64,000 nt of DNA. Origin: Octopus sinensis (lineage: Eukaryota). Below are positions 1-12,166 of the stretch, in pieces. The notes under the pieces are model-generated. The model was not told the DNA's origin, did not search any database, and was given only the letters and a program-made list of their open reading frames with translations. The translations under genes and the position numbers were made by a program. The stretch spans positions 183,458,001 through 183,522,000 of the forward strand of contig NC_042997.1 of NCBI RefSeq assembly GCF_006345805.1. Direction: 5' to 3'. Within the stretch, counting starts at the first letter, position 1; every line of letters begins with the position of its first letter.

Positions 1-192
1 GATCAATGGATTTAAAAAAAGTTAAAAAGAAAGAATCCAGGAGGAAAAGTAAAATATTCTCCGCAGAAGTTTTTAAGCATAAAGAATACATGCTGTTCAT
101 AACCACAGTTTAACAATTAAATAAATTGAGTAAATTTGTCGGCATTTTCGCCAGTCAGCTGCCAATAAATTATTTTGCCTGTCTGCTTTTGG

Positions 193-396
193 TTAGTTAT
201 AATCTAAGGAACAAATAGGAGTTGAAGGTGCACTGTTATAAGGACAGCTTTCTTCATCATCACTATGATTACCAATGCATTCAACAATAGGTACATGACC
301 ACTGTCCCACATTCCAGTACCACAAAGAGAGCAAAGTCCGTGCAGCGTACAAGGAATCTTAGGAATTTTTCGAAACTGGTGCAAAAGTCCACGAGC
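193..396 (-). CDS. TBC1D16: TBC1D16 terminal coding exon 10 (stop TAA 193-195); 3' UTR runs off the window
   Basis: ARGLLHQFRKIPKIPCTLHGLCSLCGTGMWDSGHVPIVECIG...SCPYN, matching recalled human ARSLLYQFRLLPRIPCSLHDLCKLCGSGMWDSG; acceptor ttttattttag|. Confidence 0.93.
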   Translation of the reverse strand, partial: ARGLLHQFRKIPKIPCTLHGLCSLCGTGMWDSGHVPIVECIGNHSDDEESCPYNSAPSTPICSLDYN

Positions 397-724
397 CTAA
401 AATAAAAAAAATTATAAATTGCATAAACAAACGTGTCACTGATAATTCTGATATTCATGTAAGTATTACAAATTCTTTCATTATTTTATTTGTTTCACTC
501 ATTTGACTGTGGCCATGCTGGAGCACTGTCTTGAAGGGTTTTTGTTGAATAAATTGCCCTCAGGATTTTTGTTTTTTAAGCCTAGTATTTATTCTATTGG
601 GCTCTTTTGCCAAACCACTAAGTTACAGGGATGTAAATACACCAACACCGGTTGTTAAGCTGTGATGGAGGGACAAGCACAAACACAAAAGCACACATAC
701 AGATTATATATATATAAACGATTT

Positions 725-968
725 TTTTTGTAGCCGTTGCCAGTACCGCCTGACTGGCCCTCGTGATGGTGGCATGTAAAAGCACCCACTACACTCTCAG
801 AGTGGTTGGTGCTAGGAAGGGAATCCAGCTGTAGAAACTCTGCCAGATCAAGATTGGAGCCTGGTGCAGCCATTTGGTTCACCAGTCCTCAGTCGAATCG
901 TCCAACCTATGCTAGCATGGAAAGCAGACGTTAAACGACAATGATGATGATGATGATGATGATGATGA
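725..968 (+). mobile_element. RTE-LINE 3' UTR/tail fragment (multi-copy), inserted in a SINE remnant at ~485-720
   Basis: ...ggaagggaatccagctgtagaaactctgccagatc...gctagcatggaaagcagacgttaaacg(atg)n. The same sequence follows the RTE ORF at 57991-58920. Other copies at approximately 1800-2100(-), 8445-8702, 10278-10402, 15868-16155, 20490-20860(-), 21075-21325, 29010-29285(-), 37738-38152, 38800-39210 and 59045-59117. Confidence 0.8.
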
Positions 969-1037
969 TATATATATATATAATTGATTGATTGATTCTA
1001 GTTTCAGCTCACGAGCTGTGGCCATGCTGGGGCACCA

Positions 1038-1079
<42 letters not shown>

Positions 1080-1080
<1 letters not shown>

Positions 1081-1425
1081 CATGGGGTGTGATGGGTAAA
1101 TTGTCGCCATGTTATATTTTTAATTTCATGCATGAGCATAGTTTTTTTTATATTTTGTTGACTACATAGTATAGCAGGGTTAGTTGGACACTGTCTGTGA
1201 GAAAAATAGCATCATGACACAATTCACTCTGCCAGAAATTTGGAAATGACATGCTGTACTGCTTGGTATTTGCGTCGGAAGCTCCAATATGAACACTTCA
1301 GAGTGTTTGGGTGTCAATCTGAGGACATGTACTGAGATTGATGAAAATCAAACATCCAGTCAATATTATGGTGTTTGGAGTGATCACTAGTGATGGTGAT
1401 GTTAAGCCTCCATTTATCTTCACAC
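1080..1425 (+). mobile_element. Tc1/mariner-superfamily transposon remnant (maT/DD37D-like)
   Basis: Residual translation KHPVNIMVFGVITSDGDVKPPFIF resembles the MVWG-I motif of Tc1/maT transposases; begins next to a TA tract. Confidence 0.5.
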
Positions 1426-3065
1426 ATATCTATTTGGTTGGTGTCTTATGATACTAATTGAGGTTTTTGTGATCTCTTGGTTAGTTAGAAGGCAAGTGCT
1501 ATGCAGAACCTGCCTTCTGACCAATTGAAAAATCACAAAACTCTAAGGTGCACCATAAGGCACCAACCAAATATACACACAAGCAAAATAAGAAGTTGGT
1601 AGTACACTAAATTTAGCCTAGTGTGCCATATCCCAGCCTAGTACCATTAAATATCTTAGTAATCATGTAACAATTTACCATATGACCAAAGATGAAATGA
1701 TGGTTTTTTTTTTACAGACTGTTAAGACAGATAGAACTTATATCTTATGAAATAGAAATTACCATAAATCCTTCATCATAAAAAAAATAACTTACTGATC
1801 ATCATCATCATTGCTTATCAATCACCTTCCATGATGGCATGGGTGGGATGTTTGACAGGAGCTGACAAGGCAGAAGCCTGCACCAGGCTTCTGTAACTGT
1901 TTTGGCAGGATTTTTACAGCTGGATTCCCTTCCTAACACCAACCACTCAGCAGAGTGGACTTAGTGCTTTTTACATGGCACAAGCACAGGCATGGTCAGT
2001 TTTAGTAAGGTTTTTACAGCTGGATGCCCTTCAAAATGCCAACCACTTTACAGTGTGGACTGGGTGCTTTTAAGTGGTACCTGCACTGACAGGGTCATCA
2101 AGTACTTGTAAGACAAAAAAAAACTTTTGTGAGGAGAGAGGACACTGGAGGAGGTGATCTTGTGTCAGATGATGAAAGGTTATAGTGAGACAGAGAGACA
2201 GAAACAGGTGTCTTGCTATTTATCATAAAATAGTATCAAATTATATATTGTGCCTATGAAATAATGTTATTTACTATACTGTGCTCAACAGACTAAATAG
2301 AGTAAAGCACATCACAAAAGGACACAACACAACTACATAAGAATCAATAGTCTAAAACTCTCGAATGAAATAAGATTAGGTGCCTTGAATATCAGAATTC
2401 CCATCTCTCTCAAGGCATACAAACATTCTTTATTTTGTTTTTTTTTCTTAACATTTACCAGTGTAGTGTCTGCTCATCATGTATATTGAAGCAATCAAGT
2501 TATTGCTTCAATCAAAACATTGTCCAATCTGACATTAGCCAAGGCCCAAAACCCTTGTTTTAGGCTTCTGATAGGAGACAGGATTTGAACTAGCATCCTA
2601 TCTGGTTCTCTAACAATTCTACCTATTCACCACACTGGATAGATACTTTGTTTATTCACCATAAAAGGGTAAAAGTGGGATTTGGACTCAAAGTACAATA
2701 TATATTATCTAGTGCCCCAAACATTAAGTCAATTCATTGCCATAACTTGATTTCTATTAAGTAAAGACAAAATGATGCAAGATTTGTGCTTTGACCTTAG
2801 TTCACCTAAATTTGTTATTCGTCCTGCAGTTTGTTGTTGTGGGTGTTCTGGTGATTAACTGTATCATATCCAAGAAGAGATTAATTTCTAATCTGTTTAA
2901 AGCTACAGAATCTTGAATTAAGCATTAATTTTATAACTCCCACTCTGACTCATTCTATGAGGTGGATTTGAGACGTATGTAGTTTACATTTTATCAAACA
3001 CATCACATGAAAACATGAAATGCAAAAGTTTTGAATGAAATACTTAATTCAGAAAATATTCTCAC

Positions 3066-3294
3066 CCTTCGTAAGACTAAATCACCATTCATATGCATTG
3101 CCAAACTGCTAAAGTGTAGAAGGATTTCATCTTCAGGCAGACATTGTTCAACAACATCTTCTCCATAGATACTGACTATAGCCACACAAATAAACAGATG
3201 AAAGTAGTCAGTTTGGTAGTGGGCCCAGCAAGATTCCCATATGCGAAGGGCATCTATTTCTGGAAATTCTCGTTTGAAACACAGTAATATCCAT
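3066..3294 (-). CDS. TBC1D16: TBC1D16 coding exon 9
   Basis: WILLCFKREFPEIDALRIWESCWAHYQTDYFHLFICVAIVSIYGEDVVEQCLPEDEILLHFSSLAMHMNGDLVLRR; acceptor ctgtcttttag|, donor AGG|GTGAGA; phase 2 to 0. Confidence 0.95.
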
Positions 3295-3404
3295 CTAAAA
3301 GACAGAAAAGATTATTAAGCATATATATAAAAAAAAAACAAAAAAAACTTTCAATTGTGTGACTTTCTTTTTCTTTACATGTATAACCCTCATGAAGGTA
3401 GTCA

Positions 3405-3849
3405 ATCAGTGAAGGCTGGAGGTGTTCGACAATGACTGTCTCCGCTGCATTCTTTGGGTTCCTACAGCTGGTCTTCGTCATCACATGAATCTCCGGCCCC
3501 TTCCTTCGGTGCTTCTGCAACGGCACTTATGGTGGTTTGGACATGCGACCTGGCGTCCAGAGGGTGAGCTGACTTGTGATGTCCTCCTCCCACCTCCACT
3601 TCCCAACTGGCGCAAACGCACGGGTGGGCAGCTGAAGACCTGGGCAACGACGATAAAGGAGGACCTCTCCTAACTCTCAGGTCCGCAGGTGGTTGGTCTG
3701 CACAGATGGAACAGCGAATGGCTTGCTATCTCCAGTGACCTCACACAGGACTGTCGGGCGTGGGCTGCCATGGTTCATGATGCCGTCAGGACCAGAGAAG
3801 AAGCCAGATCAACCCACCTTAGGTGAATGCCGTCACAAATAAGTAAGTT
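3405..3849 (+). mobile_element. RTE-clade LINE, 5'-truncated 3' end
   Basis: ORF FDNDCLRCIL...LQRHLWWFGHATWRPEG...WRKRTGGQLKTWATTIKEDL is typical of the RTE ORF C-terminus (RL.W.GH, R..G.P.KTW...IK.DL); short (aagt)n tail at ~3840-3849. Confidence 0.8.
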
Positions 3850-3864
3850 ATATGTATAAGTAAT

Positions 3865-4170
3865 GTGTGAAGGCATGTGGCTTAGTGATTAGGGTATTCA
3901 GCTCATGATCATAAAGTCGTGAGCTCAATTTCCAGTGACACATTGTATCCTTGAACAAGGCACTTTATTTTACATCCATTCAGCTGGCAAAAATAAGTAT
4001 TACCTGTATTTTAAAGGGCCAGCCTGTGTCATGCTGAATTTCCTTGAGAACTACATTAAAGAGTATATTAGTCTGTGGAGTACTCAGCCATGTGCATATT
4101 AATTTCACAAGCTGGCTGTTCCATTGATTGGATCAACTGGAACTCTTATTGTAATAAGCAATGGAATACC
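3865..4170 (+). mobile_element. tRNA-derived SINE, degraded (related to 60098-60435)
   Basis: Head gtgaaggcatgtggcttagtgattaggg (A box) and body tccttgaacaaggcactttattt, shared with the copies at 32490-32830 and 60098-60435. Confidence 0.6.
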
Positions 4171-4792
4171 AGTTATATAAGTGGTGTAGCATCAGGTAAT
4201 TTAGTTTAATTCCTAGTTGAACTGTTTCAGTTCACTTATTCTCAGTGTCTCTGATTTCTGGCTAGAGATAATCTTGGAAAAGTAGACACACTGCAGAGTT
4301 GACTGGCACTTGGCTTACTTCATGAAGGCAAAGTAATATTTGAAGGTGACAGCAACTCATAAAAATTTCCAAAGAGTTTTGCTTGTCTTTTTTGTTTTTA
4401 ATCTATAGCAAAATACAAAACTTATTTTGTGTACTATTAAATCTTAAGGATTAATAAACACAATGATTGGAAGCACATTTTTATATGTATAAAAAAGCAT
4501 ATGGAAATGCCCCTGATAACCTTAATGGGTTATTGAGTCATTGACAAATACTTTGCTTTTGTATAAATTTTTAGAATTAATAAAACTAATATTTTCCCAT
4601 CAGTTTGTATAATGAAAATTTTATAGATTTCTTTTTTCAAGGAAGAGTCAAGTTTTAGCTGCTAAGAAAGACTTCCTTATTGAAATTTTAACAACAACTA
4701 TAAAAACTCTGAGAACTACAAATGAAACTTTAGAAAAATGCTGTATAATTTTATTGTCCTATATTTTTTTAATGTTTAAGAACTCATGCTAT

Positions 4793-5015
4793 TAATTCTT
4801 TAGCATTTAAACCAGCCATATCCAGTTTAAATATTGTACTTTTTTTATGTTGAGATCAGCCACATCTAGTTTCTCACACCTACCATACAATGCCATTTTA
4901 AAAGTGAACTATCACATCATCAAAATCTCAAAGCCACAAGATAATGCATGGTTAATTAAAAATGATGTGAATAAATAAGCTTTAATTTGATAGAGTAATC
5001 TGAATGCTGAAGAAG
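4793..5015. mobile_element. piggyBac-like MITE, degraded (second copy inverted at ~62915-63137)
   Basis: Ends ttaa-ttctttagcatt ... aatgctgaag; the body is the reverse complement of 62915-63137, which ends aatgctaaagga-ttaa. Confidence 0.55.
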
Positions 5016-5215
5016 ATTATAACTTAAAAATTTGCTAATATAACCAAATGCAATCATAATTATAGATTCAAAATTAGATCTATAGTCAGAATATAGAAAA
5101 TGTTGGCTCAGAGTTAATAATGTTCATAAATGTTCTCATTTGATTTTGATCAAGGTGTTCATAGGTAGCTGATTTCTACAACAGTTTTCTATGTATAGAT
5201 TACTATATCATTGAA

Positions 5216-5540
5216 GGTGGAGGCACAATGGCCCAGTGATTAGGGCAGCAGACTCGCGGTCGGAGGATTGCGGTTTCGATTCCCAGACCGGGCGTTGTGA
5301 GTGTTTATTGAGCGAAAACACATAAAGCTCCACGATGCTCCGGCAGGGGGTGGTGGCGACCCCTGTTGTACTCTTTCGCCCCAACTTTCTCTCAATCTTT
5401 CTTCCTGTTTCTTGAGTAACGCTGCGATAGACTGGCGTCCCATCCAGCTGGGGTGGGGTGGGGAATACATACGCCATAGAAACCGGGAAACTGGGCCCCT
5501 GAGCCTGGCTAGGCTTGAAAAGGACGCATAAATAAAAAAA
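5216..5540 (+). mobile_element. tRNA(Arg)-like SINE with a V-SINE-type central domain
   Basis: A/B boxes tggcccagtgattagg / ggtttcgattccc, anticodon-arm-like gactcgcggtc, motif ctgcgatagactggcgtcccatccag (recalled V-domain consensus), A-rich tail. Related copies at 6514-6817(+) and 16615-16937(-). Confidence 0.8.
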
Positions 5541-5787
5541 TATCATTGAAGAAGTTTTTTTACTGAAATACTCAACTGATATTTTTTGTGTTGTAGAACA
5601 TAAATTTCTACTTTGGCCTATTTTCTAAGTAAAACCCCAAATCAGGTATTCAAGTTTACTCTACAGCATTGTACAATCATTGTGAGGGAAAATAAAATGA
5701 TCATATTTTGCATTTTTAAGACCATTTGAATCACAAAAGAAAAATAAAACATAAGGAAACAATAAAACGACAAAAAAATGTATTAAC

Positions 5788-5885
5788 CGATGGCAGAAGA
5801 GTAGTTCCATGGCATCAGCTCCGAGTTTTTCAAGGTGTTCATAGAAAGAAGGCTGCATTAGGTGTAATAGCTCACGCAGATAGTT
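5788..5885 (-). CDS. TBC1D16: TBC1D16 coding exon 8
   Basis: NYLRELLHLMQPSFYEHLEKLGADAMELLFCH(R); acceptor ccatttcag|, donor CG|GTTAAT; phase 0 to 2. Confidence 0.92.
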
Positions 5886-5947
5886 CTGAAATGGTAATAA
5901 CAATAGTAATTTATAATTTTGGGACAGGTACAAATTTTAGGTTGGGA

Positions 5948-6462
5948 GGTGCAGGCATGGCTATGTGGTAAGACTTTTGCTTCCCAACCACATGGTTTTG
6001 GGTTCAGTCCCACTGTGTGACACCTTGGGTAAGTATCGTCTACTATAGCTTTGGGCCAAACAAATGTTGTCAATGTGTTTGGTAGAGGGAAACTGAAAGA
6101 ATCCTGTTGTGTGTGTATATATATGTATGATTGAATGAGTGTGTGTATGTATGTATGTATGATTGAATGAGTGTGTGTAAGTGTGTATGTGTATGTGTGT
6201 GCATGCGCATGTTACCATGTTCTTACTATGACACTGCTTAGTAGCTATAAAACAAGGGTCATGGTCATGCAAGTAGTATTCATCATTTTCAACCTTCCAC
6301 GAAAATATATTTGGTCAGAGGGAAATTTACTGTACTTGAGAACTGATAAGGGTTGGTGACAGGAAGAGCATCTGGCTGTAGAAAATTAGCCTCAATAAAT
6401 TCTGTCTGCCCCATACAAGCATGGAAAAGTGGATGTTGAAACGAAGATGATGATGTTGATGA
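5948..6462 (+). mobile_element. Composite SINE: tRNA head, internal microsatellite, RTE-like (gat)n tail
   Basis: Head as in 22517-22930 but the tail ends ggttggtgacaggaagagcatctggctgtagaaa...gcatggaaaagtggatgttgaaacgaagatgatgatg. Similar copies near 43935-44265, 55930-56325, 56560-56800, 63500-63670(-) and 63700-64000. Confidence 0.7.
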
Positions 6463-6513
6463 GTGTATTAAATTGATTAGTTCCAAATCTTGTTACTTTA
6501 TTCTGTCAACTGT

Positions 6514-6817
6514 GTGGAGGCACATGGCCTAGTGGTTAGAGCAGCGGACTTGTGGTCAAGGGATCACAGGTTCGAATCTCAAACCGGGCGATGTGTGTGT
6601 TTATGTGTGAAGCACCTAAGTTCCATGTGGATCTGGCAGAAGGTAATGGCGAACTTCTGCTGGCTCTTTCGCCACAACTTTCTCTCACTCTTTCCTCCTG
6701 CATCTTGCAGCTCACCTGCGACGGACCAGCGTCCCGTCCAAGTGGGGAACCTATACGCCAAGGAAACTGGGGAACCAGCCCTTATGAGCCAGGCATGGCT
6801 CGAGAAGGAACAAACAA
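6514..6817 (+). mobile_element. tRNA-derived V-domain SINE
   Basis: gtggaggcacatggcctagtggttagagcagcggac...ggttcgaatctc head; ctgcgacggaccagcgtcccgtcca; homologous to 5216-5540. Confidence 0.8.
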
Positions 6818-7040
6818 TATTCTGTCAACTCCCAGAAGTGCTAAAAGACAAAAATGACTCAGGCAGGATTTCAACATAGAACTTAAAGTGATGTAAATAG
6901 ATACTTCAAAACATTTTGTCCACTGTTTTACGGATTTTACCATCAACCACTTAATAAGAGTCACAATAAGATTGATAAATAATTAATTGATAATTAATAA
7001 AATCATTTATGAAAAAACTAAAATATTCAGACAAACTTAC

Positions 7041-7227
7041 CAACTGTCTATCCATATCACAATCTTTTGGTGAGCTAACAAAAATGGTCCGTTGCATTAA
7101 TCCAACAAAACACCAATAGGCATCAACTTCATGTTGAATTTCTGCTAAAACAGGAGCCAGTAAATCACTCATGCCTTGTGTGTAACCCATTCGGGGATTA
7201 GCAATGGCATAATTCAGTAAAATATTT
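7041..7227 (-). CDS. TBC1D16: TBC1D16 coding exon 7 (TBC glutamine finger)
   Basis: NILLNYAIANPRMGYTQGMSDLLAPVLAEIQHEVDAYWCFVGLMQRTIFVSSPKDCDMDRQL; acceptor tttttctccag|, donor TTG|GTAAGT; phase 2 to 0. Confidence 0.95.
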
Positions 7228-7402
7228 CTGGAGAAAAATACATAAAATACCGTTAATATATGGAATCCATAAACACTAAGGTGGGAAAAGAAGTAAGAAT
7301 GAAATAAATAAAATTGTTCTGTATATGACAATAGATAAAATTATTATAACTTCTTCACTAGTTTGCAACCAAAATAACAACATTACTTTCTCTCTCTTCC
7401 TA

Positions 7403-7436
<34 letters not shown>

Positions 7437-7438
<2 letters not shown>

Positions 7439-8317
7439 GACAATATGAAGAGCGCAATGTGATTGTAATAGATATTTTATTGGTTGAATGATATTTTGAC
7501 ATTTTGCCTGTCAAGTTCAAAATGAAAAGTGATACATAGAAATTCAAATTCAAAATTTCAAAGAGGGCGACCAGCATTCCCACATTGATAAAATGACATC
7601 ATCAATTTTCAATTTTCAAATTTACAACTGGCAAAAAGAAAAAGAAAGAAAAAAGAAAAAAAAGAAAAGAAAAAAGAAAAGGAAAAAGAACAATATTTAA
7701 TGAAACAGTATTGTGTAAATATGGTGAAATTCTCTTGTCATTTTATTCATACCTTCAGGGTGTAATGTTCATAGCTTACAAACATATTTCTCCTCATGCA
7801 TTTTGAGTACTGAATATTTTCTGAGAATATGCACTTTCAAGTCCTTTTCGAAATTGCAACCGTTTGATGTAAAATGTTTGGCAAGTTCTGTTGAACTGCT
7901 GTTATTGAGCCTGACATCATATCTGTGCCCACTGAAAATATTCAGAATCTGCTACACTGTCAGTCCTCAAAGTGCATGAGGAGAAATATGTTTGTGAACT
8001 ATTAACATCACACCCTGAAGAGATGAATAAAGTGACAGGAGAATATCATCATATTTACACAAAACCATTCCATTAAATATTTTTCTTCTTTTTCCTTTTC
8101 TTTTTTTTCTTTTTTGCCAGTTGCAAACTTGAAAATTGAAGACTGATGATGTCATTCCATCAACATGGGAATGCTGATTGTCCTCGTTCAAATTTTGAAT
8201 TTGAATTTCTATGTATCACTTTTCATTTTGAACTCGACAAAGACAGGCAAGCTGTCAAAATGTCATTCAACCAATAAAATATCCATTGTAATCACATTGC
8301 GCTGTTTGCATTGTCTA
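7437..8317. mobile_element. Fold-back element/MITE with ~370-bp imperfect inverted arms
   Basis: 7437-7813 is the reverse complement of 7960-8317 (e.g. gttcaaaatgaaaagtgatacatagaaattcaaattcaaaattt / aaattttgaatttgaatttctatgtatcacttttcattttgaac); flanked by (TTA)n and (TAA)n. Confidence 0.85.
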
Positions 8318-8351
8318 ATAATAATAATGATAATAGTAATAATAATAATAC

Positions 8352-8383
<32 letters not shown>

Positions 8384-8899
8384 CATAATAATGATGATGA
8401 TGATGATGATGAAATCGAAATCAAATCAAATTCGCAAATTTGATGACTGGCACCTATGCCAGTGGAACGCTAAGAGCACCATCTGAGTGTGATCGCTGTC
8501 AGAGCAGCTGACTGGCTTCCATGCCGGCAGCACGTAAAAGCACCCACTACACTCTTGGAGTGGTTGGCATTAGGAAGGGCATCCAGCTGTAGAAACTCTG
8601 CCAGATCAGATTGGAGCCTGGTGCAGCCATCTGGATCACCAGTCCTCAATCAAATCATCCAGCCCATGCTAGCATGGAAAGCAGACGCTAGACGATGATG
8701 ATAATATATTGTCTTCTTTGAAGTTCACTTTTTACGCTATTACTATATCATAACTTGTCCCTTTCATCTGTAGAGAAATCAAAACAAAAACAATGGATGA
8801 AGTTTCCATTGTACATAAAATTTCTGATGTACTGTCATAAAATACAATGACATTTGAAACCAAAAAAGAATTTATATTTTAGGAAATAAAACAACTCAC

Positions 8900-9034
8900 T
8901 TTAAGACCTCAATATTTGGATTATTTTCTCCCTTGAAATAAGGATGACTACGATCGGTTCGAACAACATCTTTTTCAACGGTACATTGGATATTTCGCCA
9001 GAAGTCACGGTATTCCTCTTCACTCATTGTTTCT
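8900..9034 (-). CDS. TBC1D16: TBC1D16 coding exon 6 (TBC arginine finger)
   Basis: ETMSEEEYRDFWRNIQCTVEKDVVRTDRSHPYFKGENNPNIEVL; acceptor caaatttcag|, donor AA|GTGAGT; phase 2 to 2. Confidence 0.95.
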
Positions 9035-9147
9035 CTGAAATTTGAGAAAATATATTGGATAAAATATTGATATATTTTTATCTGTTTGAAAACCAAATGT
9101 AACCAAATAAAACACTTTTGAAAAAAAAAACATCTCTCAATAGTAAT

Positions 9148-9362
9148 ATTGGTTTCAAATTTTGGCACAAGGCCAGCACTTTCAGGGGGGGGGGGAGTTG
9201 ATTACATTGACTCCAGGGCTCATCTGGTATTTATTTTATTGGCCTTGAATGGCTGCAAGCAAAGTCACCCTCAGCGGAATTTGAACTCAGAACTTAATGA
9301 CAGACAAAATGCTGCTAAGAATTCTGTCCTGCATGCTAATGATTCTGCCAGCTCGCCACCTT
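9148..9362 (-). mobile_element. tRNA-derived SINE (family with ...gcctttcatcctttcggggtcgataaa... core), tail variant B
   Basis: Reverse complement begins ggtggcgagctggcagaatcattagca...gagttcaaattccgc and ends ...ccttgtgccaaaatttgaaaccaat. Similar copies near 36280-36495, 44281-44495, 52995-53215, 53230-53445 and 54240-54460. Confidence 0.8.
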
Positions 9363-9702
9363 CTCTCAGTTGTAATATTAATTACTTCTTGAGCCCCATA
9401 TCAGTCCTGATCAAGCAGGCCACCTAAGATTAAAGACATTCCAAATGCAACCATCTAATATTTTCCCTGAGCACACACTGTGCATCCAGGACTAGATTAT
9501 TCAATACATGCTTCTTTTCTAATATGCAATGAGGTGTGATTTAAAGGAGAATCAACTGCTATTTCTAATGGTTACTGCAACTGAATAGATTCCATTTAAT
9601 GAGAAATTTTCGATTGAACAGGGAAGCCCTCATTAAATGGAATCTATTCAGTTAGACTAATCAAACAACATTCCATTACATGGTGACTTTATTCCCTTTA
9701 GT

Positions 9703-10122
9703 TACTCTTTCACTCTTTTATTTGTTTCAGTCATTTATTTGACTGTGGCCATGCTGGAGCACCACCTCTAGTCGAACACATCGATCTTAGGACTTATTCT
9801 TTGTAAGCCTAGTACTTATTCTACCAGTCTCTTTTGCTGAACTGCTAAGTTACGGGGGACGTAAACGCACAAGCATCGGTTGTCAAGCAATGTTGGAGGG
9901 ACAAACACAGACACACAAACATACACACCCACACACACACACATATATATATACATACGACGGGCTTCTTTCAGTTTCTGTCTGCCAAATCCACTCACAA
10001 GGCTTTGGTTGACCTGAGGCTATAGTAGAAGACATTTGCCCAAGGTGCCATGCAGTGGGACTGAACCCGGAACCATGTAGTTCGTAAGCAAGCAACTTAC
10101 CACATAGCCACTCCTATGCCTA
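9703..10122 (-). mobile_element. Full-length tRNA-derived SINE with internal (TA)/(TG) microsatellite and CORE-like segment
   Basis: Reverse complement of the family at 22517-22930: head ggagtggctatgtggtaag...ggttcagtccc, ggcaccttgggcaa, tail aaatgactgaaacaa. Confidence 0.85.
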
Positions 10123-11004
10123 TAATCTAGTTAATCTAGAATATATTTTTTTATTTAATTTGAAAGGGAAATCAGTTTGGACATCAATTTGATGCAGCAC
10201 CATATTGCTACCATGCACATTATCAATTCTGTTATTTCTTATATCTGTGTTAAAATAACCATTTAAATCCCATATTCGTGGCATTAGGAAGGGCATCCAG
10301 CTGTAGAAACCTTGCCAGATTAGATTGGAGCCTGGTGCAGCCTTCTGGTACGCCAGTCCTCAGTCAAACCATCCAACCCATGCCAGATGATGATGATGAT
10401 GATTCAATACACTTTCCCTTCATTCTTCATCAGAACTTTGTCTACATGGAACTCCTTTCCTATTTATGTTATCCTTTATAATTACTAACAAAAACAATTT
10501 GAATTGAACCTCATCCTTACCCAATTGTTCTATCCAAGTCTTAGAGAACTTAAGAAAGAAAACTTAAAGAACCTCTTCTTCTCTACAGAGTAAGTATCAC
10601 AGTCTTCTTCTGAAGACTATATTACTTCAAATTTCATTTATATTTGTAAGATTACACTCAAAATACATTACATTGAATTAAAATCCCATTACCAAACAAA
10701 AACAACAATATAAATACTAAATGATTTGTGTATTGTTTTTCTTTTTATTGATGCTATATTGATAAATCTGATTTATTTAAGCTTCTGTCATGAATTAATG
10801 TAATTAACGCCCTTTAAAATATCTTATATACAGAGTGTTGGCAAAATAAATTGCTTACTGACAGATTTAATCAAAAGTTCTGGAAGAATTTAGTAAAGTA
10901 ATTTTGTCATGGCTAAGTTGCAGTTTGGAATATAACTTATCAAAAAGAGTTTTACATAGCACAATGAAAGAAGGAGGTTTTAATAGACACACATATATAT
11001 ATAC

Positions 11005-11153
11005 CTGAGTTTACGTATATCTTGATACTGAATAAATTTGTCATTTCTTATATGTTCACGATCCAAAAATGAGGAATCAAAAGGATAATAATGTAATAAG
11101 AAAGGCCATGCTTCATGTCTTAAATTAGCTTCAACACCACCAAAGAATATTGC
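11005..11153 (-). CDS. TBC1D16: TBC1D16 coding exon 5 (start of TBC domain; absent from the ORF track)
   Basis: Manual translation AIFFGGVEANLRHEAWPFLLHYYPFDSSFLDREHIRNDKFIQYQDIRKL(R); acceptor tttctttttgccag|, donor CAG|GTATAT; phase 0 to 2. Confidence 0.93.
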
Positions 11154-12166
11154 CTGGCAAAAAGAAAGGAAAATAATGTGTGTTACAAGTAATTAATATT
11201 AACTAAATTGTTACATAAATACACACATATAATTAATAGAATAAGGGGAAAAAATTAATAAAAATAATGAGAATGTAGATTTGAAAATTCATGGCAGTAA
11301 TATAAATGTTACAAAGGATCTTACATAACATAATGAAAGGAAGTTTTAATTTAATTATGAACAGTTTAAAATAAGGGGTTTTGTCTCAGGTAAGTTCATA
11401 TCAAAGTGGTTAGGAGATGCTGTTACACAGTCAATCATACATTTTTTGAAATCATTGACTGTAAGTAGATATTTGTTGCCGAGGTACAGCAACAAATAAG
11501 TTAAGACAGAACTGTCAGATGTGTAATGTTAACTCATAAGGCATAGTAAAGCAAATTAACAGGAGAAGTGATTTGGTAACAATAGCATTAGCTGATGTAT
11601 GCAAGAAAAATGCATTGGTGTGGATGTTTAACATCATATGCTTATTACAAGGTGTGAATTAACAATGGAAATTAACTGTGGTCAGCTGTTCCTTTCACAA
11701 AACTTTGGATAGGATGCTTTGCCATTGTAATATATGTTGGCTCCTTGTATCCTAAATAAGCTGAGGTAATTATATATTAAATGTTTTTCTTAGACACCAT
11801 TAAAGCCCTGAAAGGTATAAACTCATCATTATTCTTATTTACTCACATATTTTCAAGAGTGGATAAATCAATGTAAAAGTATATTCAAATATATATATAC
11901 CACTTATCTAAACTAAGGTAGGAGTGGACTAAGGAAAATTTGAAGTGTTAGGTGAAACCTGAAAATAAAGAAGATGTATGACAGAGGCTGAATAGAAAAA
12001 TATGTATTAGAGACCCACATAACTCATGACAGCATGGAAAACTGGACATTAAGATCAAAATCATAATAAAAATGAAGAAGATGATAATGATGATGGAGAT
12101 AAATTAATGACGATGGCAATGAGAATATGGATTTTCTTGCTGTTAGAAAAGAAGGGAGAGAATTAC

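Noticed and set aside
8012-8055. CUGAAGA followed by a possible gauga/ucauc stem in the fold-back element
   Set aside because: No GAAA box or cleavage triplet follows; not a hammerhead.
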